DNA from: an uncultured Candidatus Sericytochromatia bacterium
GTDB lineage: Bacteria; Cyanobacteriota; Sericytochromatia; UBA7694
Direction: 5' to 3'
NCBI GenBank assembly: GCA_964342365.1
Contig: CAYFGW010000002.1
Location: forward strand, 1 to 51,903
DNA length: 51,903 nt
Shown: piece by piece, positions 18,106-26,137 of the stretch
Numbering within the stretch: position 1 is the first letter of the stretch
How the letters are laid out: each line of letters opens with the position of its first letter
Program-made: the position numbers and the translations under genes
Notes under the pieces: model-generated
What the model saw: the letters and a program-made list of their open reading frames with translations, nothing else
Told to the model about the DNA's origin: nothing
The model's database searches: none

Positions 18106-18972
18106 TTACTCACCCATGTCCTGTTTTTTTTCTACCTGCTGCTGGTGCTGAGGGTTGTCCAACACGCGCTTTTTTTCTTCCAGCTTCTTTTTGAGGTGAA
18201 TATGTAAAGGCACTTCAGCATGGTCATCCTGGGTCACTTCAATAAGTGAATCCACGTCATAGCCCTGCTTTTTCATGCGCTTTACAATACCTTCGTATTG
18301 CTTGGGTTCCATGGTGGGCGTGCGGCTCATGATCCAGAGGTGCTTCTTATTGGGTGAACCGAGCACCACATGGTCATAATCATCACCTTTTTCGAGGATC
18401 ACGTAGTCCACTTCCAGCGGTCCAAAGAGCTTCAGGCGCATGTGGGTGTTGTTGTCATCCAGGATACGAGCGACCCCTTCTTTTTTGACGCTTTTGCCGT
18501 CAAGAGAACCCACGGCGGCCTCATACTCTACTTTATAGCGATCTTTTTCTTCAAGGGTAAAGGTTTTGCGGCTACCCACATGATTCTTTTCTGCGTGATA
18601 GGGCAGATGGGCAATTTCAAACCAGCGGCCCGCAAAGCGCTCCTGACTCACAGAAGGTGCCGTGCGCAGATCCGCAATCTGCTTTTTCACCTTTTTCTCA
18701 CGCAGCTTTACAGCGGCAAAAATACCGATGCCCGCCAGCACCAGACCGCCCAGGGTGGCTACAGCAGGTAGCACCACACTGCGTTCAATGCGTGTAGGAG
18801 CTTTAGACTTGATTTGACTCAAATCGGGGAACTGCAGGTTTTGCAGCTGCTTTTGCTGGGCTTTAATGGTTTTCTGAGCGCGTTTCTGCAAACGGCCCAG
18901 GTTTTTTTCAATGTCTTTTTCAATACTTTTAACGTGCTTGATGGCTTCATCAAGGGATTTATAGGTTTTCAT
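18106..18972 (-). CDS. Membrane-anchored lipocalin-domain protein (Blc-like core)
   Basis: 288 aa. Architecture is an N-terminal coiled coil, a TM helix (VVLPAVATLGGLVLAGIGIFAAV), a lipocalin signature (FAGRWFEIAHLPY) and a charged C-terminal tail. Confidence 0.65.
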   Translation of the reverse strand: MKTYKSLDEAIKHVKSIEKDIEKNLGRLQKRAQKTIKAQQKQLQNLQFPDLSQIKSKAPTRIERSVVLPAVATLGGLVLAGIGIFAAVKLREKKVKKQIADLRTAPSVSQERFAGRWFEIAHLPYHAEKNHVGSRKTFTLEEKDRYKVEYEAAVGSLDGKSVKKEGVARILDDNNTHMRLKLFGPLEVDYVILEKGDDYDHVVLGSPNKKHLWIMSRTPTMEPKQYEGIVKRMKKQGYDVDSLIEVTQDDHAEVPLHIHLKKKLEEKKRVLDNPQHQQQVEKKQDMGE

Positions 18973-19117
18973 GCAATATTCTCCAATATCTTGTGTTTAC
19001 TGAATTATGGCAAAAAAAACGTGCCTTTTGTATAGAGGCCCCGTTAAAATCCCGTCAAACTTCGCTTTCAATACGTTGAACATTTCTGTACTCTTATACT
19101 CACCAGCCACGGTGGCT

Positions 19118-19702
19118 TTAATTTCCCCTGGCAAGTGCCATGCGAACAAGCATATCGATTTGATACTCAAGACCCCCGTAAATATTAGCGGTGTAATCTT
19201 CAAATTCACCAGGATTAATTTTTTGATCACCATCGTAATCGAACTTCATCATGGATTGACTTTGAACTTCGTCGAGAGAGATAAACCCATCTTTGTTTCG
19301 ATCATCGCGATTGAAAAAAGTTCTGAATTCTTTTTGAAATCGCTCGGCAGAAAGATGCTCCCCCAACACCAGATCTTTTTGCTCCATGAAAGAGTTTCGA
19401 TCAACGCTTCCATCACTGATAGTGCTTTTCAATTGGGGATAATGAGCCTGATATTCGGAAGTCTCCAAATAGGTATTTCTGCTAACATCAAGACGGACAA
19501 AAACGGCTTTAGCTATGTCTCTACGTAGATTTTCAATGCTGTAAATACGTTGACTTTGTGGTCTTTGCTGGTTTTGGGAGAACAAAGCTGAAGCCCGTTG
19601 AGGCATGCGCGTCATTTGTGGAGAAATGGGGGTGTTGGTACGACATGCCCCTAAAACGAGTAGTGAGGCAGAGAAGATAATAGCTTGTAAGTGTTTTTTC
19701 AT
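19118..19702 (-). CDS. EF-hand calcium-binding lipoprotein
   Basis: ATG 19702 gives MKKHLQAIIFSASLLVLGAC, a signal peptide with lipobox. Two EF-hand loops are present: DRNKDGFISLDE and DYDGDQKINPGE. Confidence 0.65.
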   Translation of the reverse strand: MKKHLQAIIFSASLLVLGACRTNTPISPQMTRMPQRASALFSQNQQRPQSQRIYSIENLRRDIAKAVFVRLDVSRNTYLETSEYQAHYPQLKSTISDGSVDRNSFMEQKDLVLGEHLSAERFQKEFRTFFNRDDRNKDGFISLDEVQSQSMMKFDYDGDQKINPGEFEDYTANIYGGLEYQIDMLVRMALARGN

Positions 19703-19743
19703 AGTTTTACTTTCATTATATATTAACAACGGGTCGGAAGAGT

Positions 19744-20541
19744 TTATTCTTCCATATTCAAAACGGCAATACCTGCGCCAAGAGCTGCACCGAGACCTGC
19801 AGCCACAGGAGAAAAGCTTTGCAAACGATCGGAAATCATGGTGCTGGCCATGGCACTTGCAATTGCCATACCTCCTCCACCCAGAAGGGCGGCACCTGCA
19901 ACATTTTTAACGTTGTTGAGTTCTTTGTCTTCAAAGTCACTTGAAATGAGAGCGACACCAGCACCTACGGCGGCTCCCATGATGGTACCTTTGGCAGAAG
20001 GCCCGTGGATATAATTGGTAAGCATCGTGCTACTGATGGATTGTGCTGCAGCGGTCACACCACCACCAATGAGTGTACCAGCAGCCATATTTTTAAGAGA
20101 ATTTGTTGTTTCACTGCCAGTCTCTATGCCGAGTAATCCAACACCTGCACCAATGGCTGCTCCAATGCCCACACTCGTCATTCCGGGGCCAACACCGCGT
20201 TCCAGAAACATGCTCTTGCTTAAAGAAGCAGCCAGTGCAGAAGCTGATCCGCCAATTAAAGTACCACCCGCTATTTTTTTGATAACTCCCGTGCCCGAAG
20301 TTAGTTGAGAACCCTGGTATACGTCACTTGAGAGACTTGAAGCTTTTTGAGGCGTTGAAATGGGAGCAGATGATTGGGGAGCAGATGATTGGGGAGAAGG
20401 TTTAGTGGAAAAGGCTGGTCCGGTAATTACCACGCCACTCATGCTGTCGTTATATGTGCCTAATTTCATATTTTTAACTCTCTTTGTTACTCTGTTATTT
20501 TTGTTATAGGTATCCATTATGGGAAACACGGTTAAGGGCAA
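19744..20541 (-). CDS. Gly/Ala-rich membrane protein with three ~60-aa tandem glycine-zipper repeats
   Basis: 265-aa ORF whose start is uncertain (alternative MKLGTYN). It has a Ser/Pro-rich linker with PQSSAPQSSAP. Three repeats follow, of the form (I/L/V)K(K/N)(I/M/V)AG(G/A)(T/A)L(I/L)GG...(I/L)G(A)A(I/V/L)GAG(V/I)(G/A)(L/V)L. Confidence 0.55.
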   Translation of the reverse strand: MPLTVFPIMDTYNKNNRVTKRVKNMKLGTYNDSMSGVVITGPAFSTKPSPQSSAPQSSAPISTPQKASSLSSDVYQGSQLTSGTGVIKKIAGGTLIGGSASALAASLSKSMFLERGVGPGMTSVGIGAAIGAGVGLLGIETGSETTNSLKNMAAGTLIGGGVTAAAQSISSTMLTNYIHGPSAKGTIMGAAVGAGVALISSDFEDKELNNVKNVAGAALLGGGGMAIASAMASTMISDRLQSFSPVAAGLGAALGAGIAVLNMEE

Positions 20542-20623
20542 GATAATTTTAAGTAAAAGCTATCTCAAACCAGTTTTCGAACTATCTGACGCAAAAAGCT
20601 TATTTTTAACTGTCAAAACGTTA

Positions 20624-21097
20624 TCAAACCCAGCTGTATTCTAATTCGAATAGCTTTTTATTTTGATAGTTTGTATAACTGTCCGGCGACAGCCTGAAAT
20701 TCAGAGATGGGAACAAAATGTCTTCCGGCTCAATTATTTGAATTTCAAAGTATTGAGAGTGTGGTTCTTTTACCAAAAAAACTTTTTCTATTTCACAACC
20801 TAGAAGCGGTTGATTATCTGGCTCCAACCAAGAAGTAAATACTTTTGAATCATCGGGCACAAAAAAATGATTAACACAAAAATTTATTTGAATCTCATAA
20901 GACTCTTTCCTGCGTGAATTCATAACTCTTAAGTACTTCAAAGATAAAGAAGCTGAATTATCAAATCGATCAACTAAATCGAATATCATAGTTTCTGTTT
21001 CTAAGTCTGATTCAGAAGCTAATAAATATTGCTTTTGCACGGTCATACCCTGAAAGTTTCGCAAAATATTATTGAAGAAACTCACTTTCATATCCAC
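20624..21097 (-). CDS. Hypothetical protein (AT-rich islet; paralogue of 21142..21669)
   Basis: 157 aa in markedly AT-rich DNA. It shares a collinear pattern with its neighbour: ..ASLSLKYLRVMNSRRKESYEIQINF..F.P and LFELEYSW. Confidence 0.5.
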   Translation of the reverse strand: MDMKVSFFNNILRNFQGMTVQKQYLLASESDLETETMIFDLVDRFDNSASLSLKYLRVMNSRRKESYEIQINFCVNHFFVPDDSKVFTSWLEPDNQPLLGCEIEKVFLVKEPHSQYFEIQIIEPEDILFPSLNFRLSPDSYTNYQNKKLFELEYSWV

Positions 21098-21141
21098 CTC
21101 GTAGCCCCCTTAAAACTCAGCCATTGAAAGAAAAATAAGGA

Positions 21142-21669
21142 TTAATCATCGCGATCCAAATACCAATCATAATCTAAACTGGGAAAAGCTGAGCTAGGCT
21201 CGTTTTTTCCAAAGTCTGACAAATCCAATTCAAACAAAATAGAGTTATAACCTGGTGGAATTTTATCAGTCCCATCAGTACTCAAATCTATTCCTACAAT
21301 TAAAGAATCAACCTTACCAAAGTGTGTATCTGTTTCTAAAAAGGTAAAATACTCAAAAGTAAAACCCTCTAGCATATTATCCTGTAAAACCGGGATAAGG
21401 TTTGATTTCTCTGGCTTAAAGATATGAATATTTCCAAAAACAGTTATTTCATATTCGTAACCATGTTTGGTCTTTCCCTTATTATTTGACATTCTGATGT
21501 TTAGGGACGCAATGTCGCCATTATCACGAACAACATTAAAAACATGTTCTTCTGTTTGATTTTCAGTTATAGAATGAAAAATATAATAGCTTTTTATTTT
21601 CATTCCAACACAAGTCTCCAAAAGAGAAGCTAATATACTTGGTTGATTCACTTCATCAAGCCTCAGCAA
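21142..21669 (-). CDS. Hypothetical protein (AT-rich islet; paralogue of 20624..21097)
   Basis: 175 aa. IASLNIRMSNNKGKTKHGYEYEITVF..IFKP and LFELDLSD...LDYDWY align with the neighbouring ORF. Confidence 0.5.
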   Translation of the reverse strand: MLRLDEVNQPSILASLLETCVGMKIKSYYIFHSITENQTEEHVFNVVRDNGDIASLNIRMSNNKGKTKHGYEYEITVFGNIHIFKPEKSNLIPVLQDNMLEGFTFEYFTFLETDTHFGKVDSLIVGIDLSTDGTDKIPPGYNSILFELDLSDFGKNEPSSAFPSLDYDWYLDRDD

Positions 21670-22039
21670 AATCTGGATGTTGCCTTAATTTATTCACAGC
21701 GCAATCAGCAGCCCGCTGAATCAGCGGCAATAACTCCTCAAAGCTAAAACACTCACGCTCATAGATATCTTCATCCATTCCTACAACTCTCACAACAAAA
21801 CGCCCTGATGCCAGCAAGCTTTCCAACGAATGATGATCGGGATATTCGTTTTTGTAGCGATACCAATCCACCCATAATTGTATATCACCATAATATTCAA
21901 CCATGAGCATATCCTCTCCCAAAGTGATTTCCAAATTTCTCATGGATATAGACGGAATTTTTTTCAATGAATGTCGAAGAAGCCAGTTAATATGTGACAC
22001 CTTTCCAGGATAAAAATTTACTTTCGCTACAAATGACAT
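21656..22039 (-). CDS. Hypothetical protein (AT-rich islet)
   Basis: ATG 22039 (MSFVAKVNFYPGK...) is preceded by GAGGTGAG. The longer track ORF (to 22126) would read through the GC-rich hairpin element. Confidence 0.45.
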   Translation of the reverse strand: MSFVAKVNFYPGKVSHINWLLRHSLKKIPSISMRNLEITLGEDMLMVEYYGDIQLWVDWYRYKNEYPDHHSLESLLASGRFVVRVVGMDEDIYERECFSFEELLPLIQRAADCAVNKLRQHPDFAEA

Positions 22040-22089
22040 AAAACTCACCTCAGAATTAAAGAGCAGCGTGAAAAGTCGTTCATGAATAA

Positions 22090-22185
22090 GGGGGAATCCG
22101 CAAAGGGCCGCGCGCAGGACGCGCATCGGTGGCCCTTTGTGTCTTAGCGACAGAGCCTCACGGATGAGGCGGCGGAGCGTCCCCC
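22090..22185 (-). other. GC-rich multi-hairpin intergenic element (possible 3' UTR structure, REP/MITE-like element or small RNA)
   Basis: Outer pairing GGGGGA (22090..22095) / TCCCCC (22180..22185). Hairpin AAAGGGCC (22102..22109) / GGCCCTTT (22131..22138) contains a nested GCGCG/CGCGC stem. Hairpin GCCTCA (22155..22160) / TGAGGC (22165..22170). The element is flanked by direct ATGAAT repeats at 22082..22087 and 22191..22196. Confidence 0.4.
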
Positions 22186-22220
22186 GTTTTATGAATGACT
22201 TTGCCCCCCTCGCACTTCAA

Positions 22221-24038
22221 TCAAATAAAATCATCCGCATCCCGCCGCACCTCTTTACGGGCCAGCAAATGAAACTTCTGAATCCGCTGCAACACCCGCC
22301 GCGACACACTGGACAGCGGCAAATGATACAGTCTTTTATCATACTTATGAGCCAATTCAAACAAATAAGCCTCAGGCTTCTGACGGGCAAAGTAAAGAAT
22401 GTCCGGCCGCGGACTCAAATAAATCGCCTGACGAATCATATGCTCTTTGCGCAAATCCTCATCCACGTCCAGATCGTCAATATCCAGTTTGTGCTCCGGT
22501 GGCAAAGCGGGCTTAAAAGCCATGAGTGCGCCGTACTTGGCCTGAATAATTTCATGACTCACCGGATGCATCAGCGGATTGGAGGCATAAAAAGCAATGT
22601 CTGACTCGTTATGGTGCTCCGCCGACAGCGACAGCGCCCAGGGATACTTTTCCTGAGCGAGGTCTTCATCAAACATCAAAATCCAGCAGCCAATGGCCAG
22701 TTGTTCTTTTTTAAACTCTTTCACATAGAGCTTGTTTAGATGGCGATTGCGCAGGGTTTCACGCATGTCCAGACCGTCTAAAAGACTGCCGGTAAATTCG
22801 TGGGTGTACACCTTTTGAAAATGAGGATCGTCCGCCAGTTTATCGCCCAGACGATCAATGAAGTTTTCTAAGACAATATCTTCAGGAATATGAGAAAAAA
22901 AGCCAAAGTAAAACCACAGCGGCTGATACCCGTCGGGCAAATCTTCTTTTTTCTTTCGCACAATCAGCTGCTGCCAGTCCCGCTGTCCCTGAAGCATGGG
23001 CACGGGCAAGCGTCGCATCAGCTCAATCACGCGACCGTCCAGCGCAAAGCGTTTGTCGTGGGGGTCAAATTCAATTTCGGGCAAATCGTCTTCGTCTTCA
23101 TAATGGTACGCCCGGGCCAGATCCAGCAGTTCCAGGGCATAGTCATCGCCCAGCGTCTGCTTGGCCGCCAGCACCAGATTAAACAAGTCCGGAGACACCC
23201 GTTTGTCCGTGACCGACAGCTTATAAGCGTACTGCAGAAAATTACGCACCTCACGGGGAGAAAAGTCCGCTTCCTTTAAGGATTCCGCATTGCGAGCGGA
23301 CTGGGCCAGCTGCCGCAGCAGAGTATCACGGTGATAGCCCGTATTAAAGCGTCGTCCCAGCTCATAATGAAATACAAAATAGGGAATTTCTTCCAGGAGC
23401 GCTTCACGGGCCTTGGGGCCCACCTTGGCCAGAAAGGGTGCGTCCACATGCTCCGTTTCGTGCTCAAAAATCTGCTCTGAGCCCGCTTCCAAATGGGATT
23501 TAATCGACTCCCAGTGGCCCATACCGCATACAAAAAGCACCCGCTCATAACGCGCGCTGAGTTCTTTTAAACGGGCCGCCATGTGCCGCTCACGCCGATC
23601 GTCTTTTTTGGCATTGCCCGGTGCGGGTTTCAAGTGAGGGTGTACCGTCTCATAAAAGGCCGCAAGCCCTACACTTTCAATGGCTTCATCATCAGGAATG
23701 GCAAAGGCTTCTTCCTGTAAATTGTAATTTTCCACCGCCAGGTCAATCAGGGCCGCCGGAATCTGATTCTCTCTGGCCAGGCGCAATCCCTCAATCATGG
23801 GGTCAGAGGGAAAAACGGGCAAATAGGTGAGCCGCTGATCGGGCTGTCGCAGACAGAGTAAGCTCAACCGGGGCAAGCGCGCAATGCCCTGCAAAAGGTC
23901 TGAGTAGTAAATATCCGGCAGTTCCAGCGCCACCACATCCGGCGTTAACTCACCAAAAGCTTCACGCACCTGGCGGGCAAACTGGATGCGATTATGAAAC
24001 GCAGGGATGCAGTGAATATTTTTGTAGCGCAGGGCCAT
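22221..24038 (-). CDS. Large uncharacterised protein with an N-terminal TraB/PrgY/GumN (TIKI-superfamily)-like domain; possibly DUF5682-related
   Basis: 605 aa. The N-terminal ~185 aa carry the TraB-like motif order: IHCIPAFHNR (GTxH position), VVALELPD (Glu), RRERHMAARL, and RVLFVCGMGHWESI (GxGH). The remaining ~420 aa are unrecognised. The start overlaps the AAA gene stop (ATGA). Confidence 0.55.
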   Translation of the reverse strand: MALRYKNIHCIPAFHNRIQFARQVREAFGELTPDVVALELPDIYYSDLLQGIARLPRLSLLCLRQPDQRLTYLPVFPSDPMIEGLRLARENQIPAALIDLAVENYNLQEEAFAIPDDEAIESVGLAAFYETVHPHLKPAPGNAKKDDRRERHMAARLKELSARYERVLFVCGMGHWESIKSHLEAGSEQIFEHETEHVDAPFLAKVGPKAREALLEEIPYFVFHYELGRRFNTGYHRDTLLRQLAQSARNAESLKEADFSPREVRNFLQYAYKLSVTDKRVSPDLFNLVLAAKQTLGDDYALELLDLARAYHYEDEDDLPEIEFDPHDKRFALDGRVIELMRRLPVPMLQGQRDWQQLIVRKKKEDLPDGYQPLWFYFGFFSHIPEDIVLENFIDRLGDKLADDPHFQKVYTHEFTGSLLDGLDMRETLRNRHLNKLYVKEFKKEQLAIGCWILMFDEDLAQEKYPWALSLSAEHHNESDIAFYASNPLMHPVSHEIIQAKYGALMAFKPALPPEHKLDIDDLDVDEDLRKEHMIRQAIYLSPRPDILYFARQKPEAYLFELAHKYDKRLYHLPLSSVSRRVLQRIQKFHLLARKEVRRDADDFI

Positions 24039-25309
24039 CAGGCTTGATCGTCAGCAGCGTCGGAATCTTCATCCAGGACGTCATCCTCTAAGCGACTGTC
24101 TTCTGCTTCACTGGCTTTGCGACGCTTCTCCCATTCGGCAATATTTAAGCTGTCGGGAATATCTTTAGCACTCAAATCAGGCAAAGATTTACCGTCGTCC
24201 TTTGCTTTTTCGGTCTGGGCGGCTTCAAAAGCCTCTAATTCTTCGGGGGTGATTTCAATAAACTCAATCTCAAACCCCTGGGCCCGCAGCGCGTCTGCGA
24301 GCTTGCTGTCTAAGGTAAAGTCCACGTCATCTACATCAAAATCTTCCAGATCCAACTCAATTTCTAACTCCTCTTCCGTGTCCGCCTCCTCAGAAGCAGA
24401 CGTCTCCTCAGAAACAGGAGTAGGATTGCCGCCCAACAAAAGCACGTTGGGAAGTTTCAGAGTGGGAGGTTTGGGCTTATTCACACACTTTTTCAGGAAG
24501 AGTTGCTCCGCTTCCTTGCCCAGAATCTGAACCAGAGACCGGGAAATGGCTTCTAAGGTGGGCGTCTGATTCAGGTGAATATGTTTAATGGCGTAGCGGG
24601 CAACGTTCACGCCATCACGGGTGCTATAGGCTTTTTTGTCCGCGTGACTTTGCTGTAAGAACTCGCCCACCCACTTTAAAATATCTTCAGGGGCCTCAGG
24701 CAAGTTCACCCGCAAAATTTCCATTTCTTCTTCCGCAGGGGGAAAACCCACTTCAATTTGAGGCTGTAAACGAGATTGGATATAGTCAGGCACGTCAAAG
24801 GTACTGGCGTCGTCATTCATGGTCACCGCCAGACGGAAATCGGGGTGCGCGGGAATTTTAATACCCGCAATCAGACTTTCCACGTAGCGCCGGGTATCCA
24901 TTAAGGGAGCCAACGAAGCCCAGGATTTTTCGCCCATACGATTGCCCTCATCCAGAATACAAATGCCTCCCTTGAGCATGGCGGTCACAAGGGGACTGGC
25001 GTGGTAGCGAATATTCTGCGTTTCTCCGATCACCGGTGTGACCAGTAAATCCTCAGGACGAGTATCCACGGTACATTGCAAAATGTAGACCTGCTCGGTG
25101 TAGTCTCTGGCCACGGCGTAAGCCAGGGTGGTTTTACCAATACCGGGCTTGCCAATAATGCGCGGGCTCATGGGCAAATCTTCGTTAGAAAGAATGAGCC
25201 AGGCCGCCTGCAGCTGACGTTTGACTTCCTGATGACCAATCCAGCGTACGTCCATCCGTGTGGGTTCTGCCATCACCAGATCAACGCCTTTGACTTTCAT
25301 AATTTCCAT
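24038..25309 (-). CDS. AAA+ ATPase, AAA_5 / MoxR-CbbQ-NorQ-like, with a hyper-acidic C-terminal tail
   Basis: 423 aa. Walker A is IIGKPGIGKTTLAYAVA and Walker B is GICILDEGNRM. DFRLAVTMND and QSRLQPQIEVGFPP match the sensor/Arg-finger region pattern of the AAA_5 family. By my count, 46 of the last 129 residues are Asp/Glu. Confidence 0.85.
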   Translation of the reverse strand: MEIMKVKGVDLVMAEPTRMDVRWIGHQEVKRQLQAAWLILSNEDLPMSPRIIGKPGIGKTTLAYAVARDYTEQVYILQCTVDTRPEDLLVTPVIGETQNIRYHASPLVTAMLKGGICILDEGNRMGEKSWASLAPLMDTRRYVESLIAGIKIPAHPDFRLAVTMNDDASTFDVPDYIQSRLQPQIEVGFPPAEEEMEILRVNLPEAPEDILKWVGEFLQQSHADKKAYSTRDGVNVARYAIKHIHLNQTPTLEAISRSLVQILGKEAEQLFLKKCVNKPKPPTLKLPNVLLLGGNPTPVSEETSASEEADTEEELEIELDLEDFDVDDVDFTLDSKLADALRAQGFEIEFIEITPEELEAFEAAQTEKAKDDGKSLPDLSAKDIPDSLNIAEWEKRRKASEAEDSRLEDDVLDEDSDAADDQA

Positions 25310-25417
25310 GAACTCTGCCTCCGGCTTTTGGGGTCATTTTAACACGTGCTCACCATTCGATTGTATTGAGCGCTTTTTTCAGCGTATGCTAATTAAAAAC
25401 CCTCGAAAGGTATCCTT

Positions 25418-25972
25418 ATGTTTCGTTCAGGTCTTACCCTTCTCCTTCTTTTGATCTTAATCCCCGTCATGTCTTGTGCGCCCGCCCGCTCAGAAAAAGC
25501 CCAGCAGGGACATGCCAGTCAACATCACCATGAAGCCCATCACGACCACGATGAGTTTCCCGTGCAACGCACAGAGGCTCAGTGGCAGGAAATCTTGCCC
25601 CCCAAAACCTTTGAGGTGATGCGTCATGAGGCTACCGAACGAGCCTTTTCTCACCCTTACGACAAAAATAAAGAAGACGGCGTTTACTACTGCGCCAGCT
25701 GTGGACAGCCCCTGTTTGACAGTAAACACAAGTATAACTCGGGCACCGGATGGCCCAGTTTTTACCAGCCCATCAAGCCTGAAAATGTGGGAACCCGCCA
25801 GGATACGCAGTTCTTTATGGTGCGTACAGAAGTGCATTGCAGTCGCTGCGGTGGACACCTCGGTCACGTCTTTGATGACGGTCCGCGCCCCACAAATTTA
25901 CGCTATTGCATGAACGGTGCGGCGCTAAACTTTAAGCGGCGCGGACTTGAGGCCCCAACGTTACTTAAGTAA
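25418..25972 (+). CDS. msrB: Peptide-methionine (R)-S-oxide reductase MsrB, exported lipoprotein form with His-rich linker
   Basis: 184 aa. The signal peptide and lipobox read LLLLILIPVMSC, followed by a His-rich segment HASQHHHEAHHDHDE. The MsrB core shows YYCASCGQPLF, GWPSF, HCSRCGGHLGHVFDDGP and RYCMNG. Confidence 0.9.
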   Translation: MFRSGLTLLLLLILIPVMSCAPARSEKAQQGHASQHHHEAHHDHDEFPVQRTEAQWQEILPPKTFEVMRHEATERAFSHPYDKNKEDGVYYCASCGQPLFDSKHKYNSGTGWPSFYQPIKPENVGTRQDTQFFMVRTEVHCSRCGGHLGHVFDDGPRPTNLRYCMNGAALNFKRRGLEAPTLLK

Positions 25973-26137
25973 CAGTACATAAGCCATAAAGGAAGTATTA
26001 ATATAACGCGAAAGCCGTAAAAGACCCGTTAAAACCCCTTTTTAATCATTGTATTTCCTCAGACAATGGAGCTATAGTCAGGACATAAAGTCACATGACG
26101 CAAGTCAACTGACACGGTTCTTAAGGAGGACTACATT

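Noticed and set aside
19007-19528. 173-aa plus-strand ORF. The same applies to similar long antisense ORFs at 13721..14107, 14074..14469, 22137..22604, 31895..32362, 45918..46451 and 51426..51854.
   Set aside because: All lie antisense to ORFs with clear family signatures or better coding features. They have odd composition and no motifs, so they are treated as shadow ORFs.
22040-22126. Longer version of the 21656.. ORF (start 22126)
   Set aside because: The extension lies inside the GC-rich hairpin element. ATG 22039 has a good GAGGTGAG ribosome-binding site.
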